From a virus: a DNA stretch of 64,000 bases. The position numbers and the translations under genes were made by a program. The DNA lies in the IMG/VR virus record IMGVR_UViG_3300010430_000004, positions 104,537 through 168,536 of that record. One strand, given 5' to 3'. The notes under the pieces were generated by a model. It ran no database searches. It was not told where the DNA came from and was given only the letters and a program-made list of their open reading frames with translations. This document shows, one piece after another, positions 1 to 8,898 of the stretch. Numbering within the stretch: the first letter of the stretch is position 1; each line of letters starts with the position of its first letter.

Positions 1-336
1 GAAGACGTTCTTCGTGACCTTAAAGAGGCACTGAATGACGCTGAAGATTTACCCAGAGAATATAGAGCTGAGAGAATTATGCAAGTTTTTGACAAGCACT
101 TGTTACTAAACAAAATACCACTACAGATCAATCATTATGATATTACAGCTATGGTGTCCAATGCTAAAGGCAACATGATTAATATGCCTAGTTATGTAGA
201 AATCTCTAAAAAACAAGTAGGACTTCATGAAGTTAGATTTGTTGCTATTTTACAGTCACTTATAGGATATTTAAATAGAAAAGACGCATTGAAGAGAATG
301 CCAGAAATTGAATTTACTAAAAGAAGGCAAAAATGA
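1..336 (+). CDS. hypothetical protein, 5'-partial (frame is open from base 1)
   Basis: Frame of ORF 79..336 has no stop back to position 1 (EDVLRDLKEALNDAEDLPREYRAERIMQ...). Confidence 0.7.
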   Translation, partial: EDVLRDLKEALNDAEDLPREYRAERIMQVFDKHLLLNKIPLQINHYDITAMVSNAKGNMINMPSYVEISKKQVGLHEVRFVAILQSLIGYLNRKDALKRMPEIEFTKRRQK

Positions 337-671
337 ATTTTATTCATATTTATTTTTATGTTTCTTGCGTAATAAGTGGAAATGATATAAATCACACAGA
401 TGCTTTTAGAAATATTAAAAGTGAGCATTTAAATATGTCACTTGAAAAACATGTGTGCTCTAGAAGAGAAGGTGTTTCTATATATATACCACCATCGAAT
501 GTCAAGCATTTAACTCCAGTTCTTATAAGAACTGCAAAGTTTACTGCTGCAAATTCGTATACTGATCTCAATAAGGGAAGCAAATTAGAAACAGGCGCAT
601 CAGAAGGGTGCAAAATAACAACAAAAGAAAGAGTATACATTTCAGCAGTTAGCTGTAAAAGTTACAATTAA
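333..671 (+). CDS. hypothetical protein
   Basis: ATGA overlap with upstream stop; fits operon tiling. Confidence 0.6.
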   Translation: MNFIHIYFYVSCVISGNDINHTDAFRNIKSEHLNMSLEKHVCSRREGVSIYIPPSNVKHLTPVLIRTAKFTAANSYTDLNKGSKLETGASEGCKITTKERVYISAVSCKSYN

Positions 672-681
672 GGAGAATATA

Positions 682-1002
682 ATGGGTAGAGGAAGAAGTG
701 CAAAAAGTATTGAAGAAAAAATCAGTGAAGAATTGCCTGAGTTTTATGATAGTGTTCAATCAATGAGCATTGAGCAATTAAAGGATCAGTTGGCTCGTGA
801 CGCTGGATATCGCGTAGAAAACCAAATAGCCAAAAAAGAAGATACTGAACTTAAAGCTGCTCGTGATCACGCCTCATTTCTGGCTGGCCCTTATAATGAT
901 GCTGAGAAAATGCTTAAACTTAAGGCTGAATTTGTTAAATCTCTTCTTGACGCTAAAGGTGGATCAGTTGAGCAAAAAGACACAACCGAAAACGCATCTT
1001 AA
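682..1002 (+). CDS. hypothetical helical protein
   Basis: AGGAG RBS upstream; 106 aa. Confidence 0.8.
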   Translation: MGRGRSAKSIEEKISEELPEFYDSVQSMSIEQLKDQLARDAGYRVENQIAKKEDTELKAARDHASFLAGPYNDAEKMLKLKAEFVKSLLDAKGGSVEQKDTTENAS

Positions 1003-1195
1003 TAAAGGTCTTCAGGAAAACATCAAAAAGAGTGGTGCTTTACCTGAAGATTTTGCTATGGTTAACATAGCTGTTCGCTATGATCAGATGAGGTGCTTTA
1101 TTGCTCACCTTAGAATGATTAATATTGACGTTGAGCTTCCTCCAAAAGTAGAAGCTCTTGTTAAGTTTTATGAAAACAAGGGAAAATCGGAATGA
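968..1195 (+). CDS. hypothetical protein (probable TTG start at 968)
   Basis: In frame of track ORF 863..1195; GGTGG before TTG; stop overlaps next ATG. Confidence 0.55.
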   Translation: MSKKTQPKTHLNKGLQENIKKSGALPEDFAMVNIAVRYDQMRCFIAHLRMINIDVELPPKVEALVKFYENKGKSE

Positions 1196-1677
1196 CTACT
1201 CTACAAAAACTAGATTATTGTATAGCAAAAACTGAGTATTCAGATTCTATGTTCGCTTGCCATTGGCTTAGTGTTACTGAAAGAACTATTAAAGCTTTTA
1301 GGGCTCTTTCTACTGAAGAACAAGAAAATCCAGAATTAAAAATAACAAAAAGAATAGGCCCTATTTACAATTTTCTAAAACTGGCCGAAAAAGCAAATTT
1401 ATTTAGAGACTATCATCCAGCCAATATTATGGGCGCTGATTTAGACGAATATACCAGAGATCCTGAAGATGATGACTGCTATCTTTCTCCATCTTTATTT
1501 GTAAAATATTTCGGAGAGTACCCTGGAGAATATTCTGAAGAAAGCTTGATGAACTATATACATATTATTATTGTAAATTTTTGCAAAAAAGAGATAGAAA
1601 TAGAAAAGCTTGAGTCAAAGATTAAGCTCATGGAAAATGAAAAAGAAATTAAAAGACTTAGAGAAGAAAACTCTTAA
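1192..1677 (+). CDS. hypothetical protein
   Basis: 161 aa ORF, ATGA coupling. Confidence 0.75.
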   Translation: MTTLQKLDYCIAKTEYSDSMFACHWLSVTERTIKAFRALSTEEQENPELKITKRIGPIYNFLKLAEKANLFRDYHPANIMGADLDEYTRDPEDDDCYLSPSLFVKYFGEYPGEYSEESLMNYIHIIIVNFCKKEIEIEKLESKIKLMENEKEIKRLREENS

Positions 1678-1691
1678 TTGAAGGGCTATTC

Positions 1692-2318
1692 GTGAGGGTT
1701 CTTGCTCTAGATATGTCAACTAAAACTGGATGGGCTATTCTAGAAATGGAAAAAGGCAAATGCGAGCTCATTGATTGTGGAGTTCTTAAACAAACTCCAG
1801 AACCTGAAGGCTATGAGTATCCCTTTAGTTATCTTAAATGGTCAAATATGTGCTTTGATCAGATAGCTAAGATCTGGGACACTAAAGCAAACCCTGAAGT
1901 AGTCGTTATAGAAGAAACCGCTAAAGGTTCTAGAAACTCTTTTACTCAGAAAATTTTAGAATTCATCCATTTCAGAATGGCGCTTTGGCTTCAAGACGAA
2001 TGTGAGCAAAACCCTGAATTAAAATATAGATACTATTTAACTGAAGAATGGCGTAGAATAGCAGGGTGCCAACAAAACGCTGCTGAAAAGAAAAACAATG
2101 CTAAACGTAGCAGAGAAAAAGCCAAAGCCAAGAAAAAAGGAGAAGCTACTACAGTTATAAAAGATAAAGAAGGCAACCGTTTAGGTAGGGTGACTAAAAA
2201 ACACGTTAATGTTAGAAGATGTAACGAGGTTTTTGGCACAGAGTTCATACTCAAGGATGAAGACAAGGCCGATGCTTGTTTGTTAGGGTATGCTTATTAT
2301 AAGGAGAATTTTGAATGA
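1692..2318 (+). CDS. RuvC-like Holliday junction resolvase
   Basis: RNase H-fold acidic motifs VLALDMSTKTGWA, VVIEE, DKADA. Confidence 0.75.
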   Translation: MRVLALDMSTKTGWAILEMEKGKCELIDCGVLKQTPEPEGYEYPFSYLKWSNMCFDQIAKIWDTKANPEVVVIEETAKGSRNSFTQKILEFIHFRMALWLQDECEQNPELKYRYYLTEEWRRIAGCQQNAAEKKNNAKRSREKAKAKKKGEATTVIKDKEGNRLGRVTKKHVNVRRCNEVFGTEFILKDEDKADACLLGYAYYKENFE

Positions 2319-2426
2319 CAATAACAATACCTGATTGGATGGGTTACGCATTTGTGGCTTATTTAGTTATTAGATGTTTTCTAACATATATGGATATAAA
2401 GAGTTATAAATAATATAAGGTAAAGC

Positions 2427-3221
2427 ATGGATAAAGACAAAGTACTGCAAGCAGTAAATGACATTAAGAAAAAGTTTGCGACTGAAAGTGTAGATGAAGA
2501 ACAGGTGAAGGAAAGCTTCGTAGATAAGCTTAATGCCTTGCTACAATCTATTTTCGGAGATGATGTTGATGCTGCCTATGAGCTTCTTGAAAAAGGCGAC
2601 CTTTCTAATTATAGGAAGAGCTATATTAAACGATTAAGAAAATTTGTATATTCTAATCTGAAAAATTTCTTCTACGCAGCGTTTATGTTCAGTATTGTAG
2701 CATTTCTAGTATCTGAAGCTGTTACTTTTTATGCCGTTGATGGAGTGGTAGAATCTAAGACGTATATAAAGGCTATACTGACTGAAGTCAGTTTCATCTT
2801 TCTTTCCGGCTATGTAGCAACGACCAAATGGACCCAGGTAATAAGCAAATTACTCCTGGCTGGAGTATTTGGGCTTATGCTGTTTGTAATCTCTGCTGAA
2901 ACTCTTAAACAGGGAGAAGCAGGAAGTCAAGAGTCTGCTATTATTGCCCAACAGATTATCACACTAGAGACACAGATAAAAGAAAAAGAAGAATTGATTA
3001 AATACTATGTATCTATTGGTTGGCCAAGAAATGCCACAACTACTAGATTAGAGAAACAAAAATTAGTAGATAAGCTGCTATTACTAAAAGAAAAACAAGC
3101 AGCTGGAAAAAATGAAAGCGTTACTGACATTGAGCGTTATAAAAGTTATGGTAAGGCTTTCTTTAGAGTGATATTATTAATGATCAACTTACTTATTTCT
3201 AGAAGAGTGTTTAAGTTTTGA
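2427..3221 (+). CDS. membrane protein with coiled-coil region
   Basis: Several hydrophobic segments plus heptad-rich segment. Confidence 0.75.
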   Translation: MDKDKVLQAVNDIKKKFATESVDEEQVKESFVDKLNALLQSIFGDDVDAAYELLEKGDLSNYRKSYIKRLRKFVYSNLKNFFYAAFMFSIVAFLVSEAVTFYAVDGVVESKTYIKAILTEVSFIFLSGYVATTKWTQVISKLLLAGVFGLMLFVISAETLKQGEAGSQESAIIAQQIITLETQIKEKEELIKYYVSIGWPRNATTTRLEKQKLVDKLLLLKEKQAAGKNESVTDIERYKSYGKAFFRVILLMINLLISRRVFKF

Positions 3222-3499
3222 GAAATAGAAGTAGAATCAGGGGCTATTGTTTTTGTTGCGGTACAGAAACTGCAAAATGGACCAATATGAAGGGTATGTC
3301 TTTTAGATGGAGGCATACTAGAAAAATACTAAGACATGATTTTTGGAATTATGTCTGTACTGTTTGTGGAGAATATGGTATGTGGAGTTGTGACATTGCA
3401 AAATTTGCCCAACTCATTAACATGGGCACTGGTGATCTTTCAGGAAATGATGACTCTCAGGGTATGGACTACAAATATTTTAATAAGGGTGGAATATGA
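3218..3499 (+). CDS. small zinc-ribbon protein
   Basis: CFCC...CTVC cysteine pairs. Confidence 0.6.
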   Translation: MRNRSRIRGYCFCCGTETAKWTNMKGMSFRWRHTRKILRHDFWNYVCTVCGEYGMWSCDIAKFAQLINMGTGDLSGNDDSQGMDYKYFNKGGI

Positions 3500-3807
3500 G
3501 CATCAAAGACAAAGAAGTCACTATTGAAGAATTTGCTAAATGGGCAAGTAATAATAAAAACTATACATGGTATCATGGAAAAGGCGGTGGCTTTGATTTT
3601 GGCGGCACTAATTGTCCCTTTATTAAATATATGCGCCCTGCATTGGATACTCGTGACATGAAGGTTTATAGAATAGAGTGTGACCGTAAAGAATATACTA
3701 CAGATTTTAGAGACGAAGGCGAAGGTACTATCCTTGATATTTTATCCGCTAAACTAGAAAAAGCTATGAAAAACCACAACAAAGAAATGGAGAAAGAAAA
3801 TGAGTAA
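3496..3807 (+). CDS. hypothetical protein
   Basis: RBS GGTGG, ATGA coupling. Confidence 0.7.
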   Translation: MSIKDKEVTIEEFAKWASNNKNYTWYHGKGGGFDFGGTNCPFIKYMRPALDTRDMKVYRIECDRKEYTTDFRDEGEGTILDILSAKLEKAMKNHNKEMEKENE

Positions 3808-4432
3808 TGGAATAGTCAAACAATTCGCCACTTCTGATTGGCACGTTGGACATCATAATGTTATTGATTTCTCTAACAGGCCCTTCAAGGATACTCGTGA
3901 TATGCACAGAGTATTGATTAATAATTATAACTCTACCGTACCTGAAGATGGCATTTGCTATTTTGTAGGCGACATGGGCATGGGAAATCCACTTACTCTT
4001 AAACACGTTATTAAAGAGCTAAACGGTACTAAAATTTTAGTACTAGGAAATCACGACAAAGGATTAAACAAGATGTACAGTCTAGGCTTTGACGTAGTAA
4101 CGTTTGGAGCGATCTTTGATATTTGTGGTGAGCAAGTAACAATGACCCATTGCCCTCTAAGAGACACATACAGAGAAGATACAAGCAAAATGAAAGAAGG
4201 CGAGCTTTGTCCTAACTGGCATGGTGAGCATAGAAAAAAATATAAAAAATATACCATTCCTAATTGGGGCCAATATCATCTTCACGGCCATATCCACTCT
4301 CCAAACTCTGGTCAATCAAAAAAGATTGAAGGTAGACAAATGGATGTTGGAGTAGATGCTAACGGATATCGCCCAGTAAGTTGGAGTGCCATTGAATCAT
4401 GGATAGCAAAGACTAAAAATGTCAAAGGGTAA
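3800..4432 (+). CDS. calcineurin-like metallophosphoesterase
   Basis: SDWHVGH, VGD, LGNHD, THCP, HLHGHIH, DVGVD motifs. Confidence 0.9.
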   Translation: MSNGIVKQFATSDWHVGHHNVIDFSNRPFKDTRDMHRVLINNYNSTVPEDGICYFVGDMGMGNPLTLKHVIKELNGTKILVLGNHDKGLNKMYSLGFDVVTFGAIFDICGEQVTMTHCPLRDTYREDTSKMKEGELCPNWHGEHRKKYKKYTIPNWGQYHLHGHIHSPNSGQSKKIEGRQMDVGVDANGYRPVSWSAIESWIAKTKNVKG

Positions 4433-4655
4433 TTTAAGCGTTTTTGCTGCCAATAAAACAAACTATAATGATGGAATTAATAAAAGAGAAGATTTTATTA
4501 CTAGAAGATGGTCAGCATATAGATTAGAAAAATTTGTAGGATTGAGAAGCTTTACTGATGCAGACTCCTACAATGATATGAGAAGTAATGGGTTCGCTTA
4601 TCCTCTTGATGAACACAATCATATAGAAGCTAGAAATAAGAAAGACAAAAAATGA
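4419..4655 (+). CDS. small protein, tandem paralog 1 of 3
   Basis: Shares an ungapped 41-aa core (invariant K,Y,N,W,E,F,Y) with the next two ORFs. Confidence 0.75.
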   Translation: MSKGNLSVFAANKTNYNDGINKREDFITRRWSAYRLEKFVGLRSFTDADSYNDMRSNGFAYPLDEHNHIEARNKKDKK

Positions 4656-4870
4656 GTAGGACTATAGTTAATTTTGGAAAAAAAGCAAACTATAATCCTA
4701 AAGTAAACACTTCAAGCCTTAGCATTAGAGAAAAATGGCACAAGTTTAGACACGAAACATACATAGGAATTGGCAATTTTTCTAATACTGATAATTATAA
4801 TAGTGGAGTTTCAGAAAATACGAATATAAAAGAAAACAAAAGTTCAGAAATGGTAAACTTAAATGAATGA
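4652..4870 (+). CDS. small protein, tandem paralog 2 of 3
   Basis: Same 41-aa core; ATGA coupling. Confidence 0.75.
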   Translation: MSRTIVNFGKKANYNPKVNTSSLSIREKWHKFRHETYIGIGNFSNTDNYNSGVSENTNIKENKSSEMVNLNE

Positions 4871-5078
4871 TGATTACATAAACAATATAATAGTAAAGAC
4901 TAAATATTCTTATTCTCTTAATGATAGAAGTTTTCACATGGAAACCCACTGGTCTAATTATTGTATGGAAGATTTCGTAAGTGTAGCTGGATTTACTAAT
5001 ACTGAAAATTACGATGAAATTGAAACAGAAGATATAGCCACGGATATAGAAGACCATGATCATTATAGCGACGAGTGA
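4863..5078 (+). CDS. small acidic protein, tandem paralog 3 of 3
   Basis: Same 41-aa core; acidic C-terminus. Confidence 0.75.
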   Translation: MNDDYINNIIVKTKYSYSLNDRSFHMETHWSNYCMEDFVSVAGFTNTENYDEIETEDIATDIEDHDHYSDE

Positions 5079-5754
5079 TACTCATTATAGGCACGAAAAA
5101 GTGGAGCTAGCTCCAGGTGATGTGTTTATTCATGCCGGAGACAACAACGCTGGTGGACCAAGCTGTGCTCGTGATTTTATTGAATGGGTTGGCGAACTTA
5201 ATTACAAACATAAAATAATTATTGCAGGCAACCATGATAATGCCTTTGCCGATGATCCCAAGTATATTGAGCAATTATGTAAAGATAATGGGGTCATATA
5301 CCTAAACGATTCTGGAGTAGAGATTGATGGGGTTAAGTTCTGGGGAAGCCCATGGACACCTAAGTATGGATTAGACATTTATGTATTTAACGCTGCACGT
5401 TCAGTAACCGAACAAGCATTCTTAGGTTTTAAATATCCATTAATAGAAGAAAAGTGGGCTCTTATCCCTGAAGATACTGACGTATTGATTACCCACGGCC
5501 CAGCTTATGATGTTCTTGACGTAAACAAAAAAGGCATACCTTGTGGGTGCGTAGAGTTGAGAAAAGCCATAGAAAAAATAAAACCACAGGTTCATATCTT
5601 TGGTCACATTCACGAAGGCGCTGGAGATACTAAAATAAATGAGACTGAATACTATAACGTGGCTTACTTTGGTAAGATTACAAGGCACTCTCGTAACGAA
5701 TACACTATTGAAAAAAATCCAGCAAGCATGATTTATATTGACGATAATAAATAA
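5056..5754 (+). CDS. metallophosphoesterase (MPPED/239FB-like)
   Basis: SDTH, HAGD, AGNHD, LITHGP, HIFGHIHE motifs. Confidence 0.9.
   Translation: MIIIATSDTHYRHEKVELAPGDVFIHAGDNNAGGPSCARDFIEWVGELNYKHKIIIAGNHDNAFADDPKYIEQLCKDNGVIYLNDSGVEIDGVKFWGSPWTPKYGLDIYVFNAARSVTEQAFLGFKYPLIEEKWALIPEDTDVLITHGPAYDVLDVNKKGIPCGCVELRKAIEKIKPQVHIFGHIHEGAGDTKINETEYYNVAYFGKITRHSRNEYTIEKNPASMIYIDDNK
5742..5748 (+). promoter_or_regulatory. candidate class II promoter element CGATAAT upstream of the ncRNA
   Basis: Same YGATAHT motif precedes seven other gene starts; the spacing predicts a TSS near G5757. Confidence 0.45.
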
Positions 5755-5756
5755 TT

Positions 5757-6103
5757 GAATCTCCAGTCTGGACGGTGCGGTGTCGAAAGCCCACGTTCTT
5801 CCTGGACCGAGGGTTATGTGCGAGGCATATTAAAATGGTTGCTAAGATCTGCCCTTTACTTGTGGTATAGTCCATGAACTTACCACAGCCCCTAGAGATA
5901 GGTAGCTCCTTGATCTAGTAGAGGCTCTGCAAGCCTACACTGTTACTAGACGCGTCTAGACAGTTGTTTTTAAGCCCTATTATGGGCAGAACAAGCAGCG
6001 CATGGTGGATGTAGGAAACGCCACTAGGAGTCACAATCCTCTCAGCAGCTCAATGATACGGGGCAACAGCTGGAAAACTGTGAGGTTGCGGCTCGCTTTT
6101 TTT
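5757..6103 (+). ncRNA. large structured non-coding RNA candidate, family not recognised
   Basis: ORF-free, visibly GC-richer than flanks, tiled by abutting hairpins with G-U pairs on the + strand, ends in T7. Confidence 0.75.
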
Positions 6104-6171
6104 ATTCAGCTCAAATCTGAGCCGAGCAAAATCTTCAATAATTTCAATGACTTTATTCTCTAAAAATTTAC

Positions 6172-6200
6172 TAGCATTTTTTAATAATCCATGTTATATT
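6172..6200 (+). promoter_or_regulatory. class I sigma70-type phage promoter
   Basis: TAGCAT-17nt-TATATT with extended -10 CATGT and A-tract upstream. Confidence 0.85.
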
Positions 6201-6221
6201 TAACTCAACAAAGGAAATAAA

Positions 6222-6437
6222 ATGGTTTATTTAATAGTTGTAGGCTTAATATGTACCACAGGCACTATTGATTGTTATTCAAAAATAAATAACAAAGCCG
6301 AGAAAATAAACGTTACTAGAGAAATGACCAAAAAAGAGTGTGTAGAGAAGACAATGATTCTTAGAAAATATATAACAGACAATAAATTAGGAAAACCTAT
6401 AGTTGTTTGTAGAATAAACTGGGAGAAGGTACAATGA
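6222..6437 (+). CDS. small secreted/membrane protein
   Basis: Hydrophobic N-terminus, four Cys, RBS AGGA. Confidence 0.65.
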   Translation: MVYLIVVGLICTTGTIDCYSKINNKAEKINVTREMTKKECVEKTMILRKYITDNKLGKPIVVCRINWEKVQ

Positions 6438-6850
6438 ATCCAAGAACGCCTAAATTTTTTAACAATGGAATTGAAGTCAAACACATTTCTGAGAAAAAAG
6501 GCAGAGGTGTATTTGCTACTCGTACTATTAAAAAAGGTGAAGTATTTGAAATAGCGCCCTGCCTAATAGTGCCCCATGATGAGAGTGAACTAGTAAACGA
6601 CACTTTTTTAGGTTTTTATACCTATTCTCCTCCAGGGCCAACTAAGGATGAGGATGAAGAAACATACGATGAGTGCTCAATTATTGCTCTTGGTTATGGA
6701 TCTTTATATAATACTAACAAGAACCCAAACGCTGACTATGCTGTTTATTATAACCATGCTAAATACTTTGCGCTAAGAACTATTAAAAAGGGCGAAGAAA
6801 TATTAATAAACTATGGTTGGGATGAGTCTTATACAAAGGATTTTGAATGA
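6434..6850 (+). CDS. SET domain protein (lysine methyltransferase-like)
   Basis: KGRGVFATRTIKKGE, GSLYN..PNA, IKKGEEILINYG. Confidence 0.9.
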   Translation: MNPRTPKFFNNGIEVKHISEKKGRGVFATRTIKKGEVFEIAPCLIVPHDESELVNDTFLGFYTYSPPGPTKDEDEETYDECSIIALGYGSLYNTNKNPNADYAVYYNHAKYFALRTIKKGEEILINYGWDESYTKDFE

Positions 6851-6931
6851 AAAAGCTAAGCCATTGGTGGCGTTGTAGTTGGTGTGGATTTGCCACAAAT
6901 GATTCGGTGCATATTTGCAAGGGGAAATGAT

Positions 6932-7180
6932 ATGGATGTTTATGTGGTTACTTATGGATATGACTATGAAAGCACTTCTGTTCTTGGAGTATACTCTACT
7001 GAACAAAAAGCCCAAGCAGCAGTAGAAGATATGGTTGGTAATTATTATGATGAAGTGAAATGGTACACAGACTATATGGCTAAAGAGTATAGCAGTGAAT
7101 CAGACAGCACTGGTAGAAGATTTGAAATTGAACAATGTCAGTTAGATGACCAATATGAAGATGATTTATTCGAGGACTAA
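6932..7180 (+). CDS. hypothetical acidic protein
   Basis: ATG 6932 after GGGGA; in frame with track ORF 6884..7180. Confidence 0.65.
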   Translation: MDVYVVTYGYDYESTSVLGVYSTEQKAQAAVEDMVGNYYDEVKWYTDYMAKEYSSESDSTGRRFEIEQCQLDDQYEDDLFED

Positions 7181-7182
7181 TT

Positions 7183-7557
7183 ATGTTATACGGACTATAT
7201 ATGGAAAAAGAAACAGATAATATTGCTATAAAGCGCACAGCAAACTCTATTGAAGCTTTCAATCACACCCACTATCATAAGGTTTGGAAGGCTAGAAGAG
7301 AAATTGGTGATAATCTAGGAAATCTTGATCAACCAAACCATTCGCTTGTGGGTAAAAAGCTCAGAAATCGCAAAACAGGAGATATTTATAATGTGGAGTC
7401 TGTTAAGAAACAGTTCTATGCTGGATGGTATTTTGGAGCGCTGCTTGAGTGTAACAACAGTCATTGTTTTGCATGGTTCCACAACGAAAGCAGTATAGAT
7501 AGTATTGTTGAAAAGCATTGTATAGAATTTTGGGAAGATTTTGAGGAAGTGAAATGA
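7183..7557 (+). CDS. hypothetical protein
   Basis: GAGG RBS; operon tiling. Confidence 0.7.
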   Translation: MLYGLYMEKETDNIAIKRTANSIEAFNHTHYHKVWKARREIGDNLGNLDQPNHSLVGKKLRNRKTGDIYNVESVKKQFYAGWYFGALLECNNSHCFAWFHNESSIDSIVEKHCIEFWEDFEEVK

Positions 7558-7838
7558 AAACACTGAAAAAAATTAAACTAACTTCAGATTGTGGAACAAT
7601 GGCATGGACCGTTGATTTGCATGAAGTCGCCCACGATAGGGCCTGTTACTATTCCAAAAAAGACAGCGACAATGCCACTTATGAAGATGAATATGAATTT
7701 ACCTGTGAAGACGACTACGAAGCTGTTGATTGGTTACAAAACAATATGGACTGGTATAATTGTAGATCATTAAAGATGATTATGAATTTTGAAAAACCTT
7801 TAAACGAAGTAGATATTGACGATTGGGAGATAGTATAA
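7554..7838 (+). CDS. hypothetical acidic protein
   Basis: GAGG RBS; ATGA coupling. Confidence 0.7.
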   Translation: MKTLKKIKLTSDCGTMAWTVDLHEVAHDRACYYSKKDSDNATYEDEYEFTCEDDYEAVDWLQNNMDWYNCRSLKMIMNFEKPLNEVDIDDWEIV

Positions 7839-8323
7839 TGGGCTTAGATATAGATGGAATAAAAATTATCAGAGAAGGAAAAACCGATGACACTGTTTTT
7901 GTATACGAAGGTTTTGAACGGTCCCTTAAAGATGAAGAAATAGTAAGTCTTGATTATGATGACGAAAATTGGGAATGCGTAGCTGACGGAATCTCTATGT
8001 CTTATGGATCATATAATGGATTTAGAAGAGTGCTGGCTGAAGCAGCCCTAAACACAAGTGTAGAAAATGTATGGAAATTGGCTGGAAATCTCAAAGATAG
8101 TGAACCTTATCCTTCTCCAATTTTTCATATACTTAATTTTGCAGACAATGAAGGTTTTATAGGCCCATCGGCTGTAAAAGAATTAGATAGTTATTTTGAT
8201 GAAAGACTTGAATATCTTAAGGAAGAGCTTTCGGATGATGAATACTATATGCACAAGGTTATTAGTTTAGCTGAATGTATTAAAGAAACTGCCAAAGAAA
8301 ATGGCTACTTGAGGTTTGGATAA
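7838..8323 (+). CDS. hypothetical phage protein
   Basis: TAATG coupling, GGAG RBS, starts MGLDI. Confidence 0.75.
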   Translation: MGLDIDGIKIIREGKTDDTVFVYEGFERSLKDEEIVSLDYDDENWECVADGISMSYGSYNGFRRVLAEAALNTSVENVWKLAGNLKDSEPYPSPIFHILNFADNEGFIGPSAVKELDSYFDERLEYLKEELSDDEYYMHKVISLAECIKETAKENGYLRFG

Positions 8324-8898
8324 TGGGTAGAAAATTATCAAGGGCCTTGAACCCTAAACATGGTTGGCGAGAAGCTTTAGAAGATCTTAAGGATTTTTTA
8401 TGGTACGACCCAGCTAGTTGGTGTCGATCAAAAATTGAAATGCTTCAGAGAATGGTATATTGGGGCTGGCACATGAGATGGAGTTGGGACTTTGACGCTA
8501 GTACTATTTATGAAATGCTTTACAGAAAATTAGACAGAATTTACTGCTGTATGAGAGATCATTCCCATTGTGTATGGAACAGCAGCATCGAACAGCCTAG
8601 AATGAGAGAACTAAGAGAAGCTAGAGAAATCGCTAAAAGACTATGGGAAGATGACTATGATATGGCAGCTTTCTATGAGACTGAGGAAAAATACGGCAAG
8701 CTTAAATCATGGACTGAAAAAATTCCAAACAAACCTCTCTATAGATATCATTCTTTATGGGGAAATGACGAAGAAGTTGATAAGAAAGCTATAGTGTTTA
8801 ATCGTAGAAGAGATAAGCATTGGAGAGAAGTAAAAAAGCTTCATAAAGATCGTTTATTTTATTTGCTAAACAAAAACGTAGAGTATTGGTGGGACTGA
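8323..8898 (+). CDS. hypothetical Trp-rich phage protein
   Basis: 191 aa, TAATG coupling. Confidence 0.75.
   Translation: MGRKLSRALNPKHGWREALEDLKDFLWYDPASWCRSKIEMLQRMVYWGWHMRWSWDFDASTIYEMLYRKLDRIYCCMRDHSHCVWNSSIEQPRMRELREAREIAKRLWEDDYDMAAFYETEEKYGKLKSWTEKIPNKPLYRYHSLWGNDEEVDKKAIVFNRRRDKHWREVKKLHKDRLFYLLNKNVEYWWD

Noticed and set aside
5757-6103. Identification of the structured RNA as tmRNA, RNase P RNA, SRP RNA or a group II intron
   Set aside because: No GGGG..TCCACCA tRNA-like ends, no GAGGAAAGTCC or ACAGAA..GGCTTA, and AAGCAGC is present without the SRP TCAGG partner. The GTGCG and GAAA hairpin near 5775 lacks a proper domain V, and no gene is interrupted.
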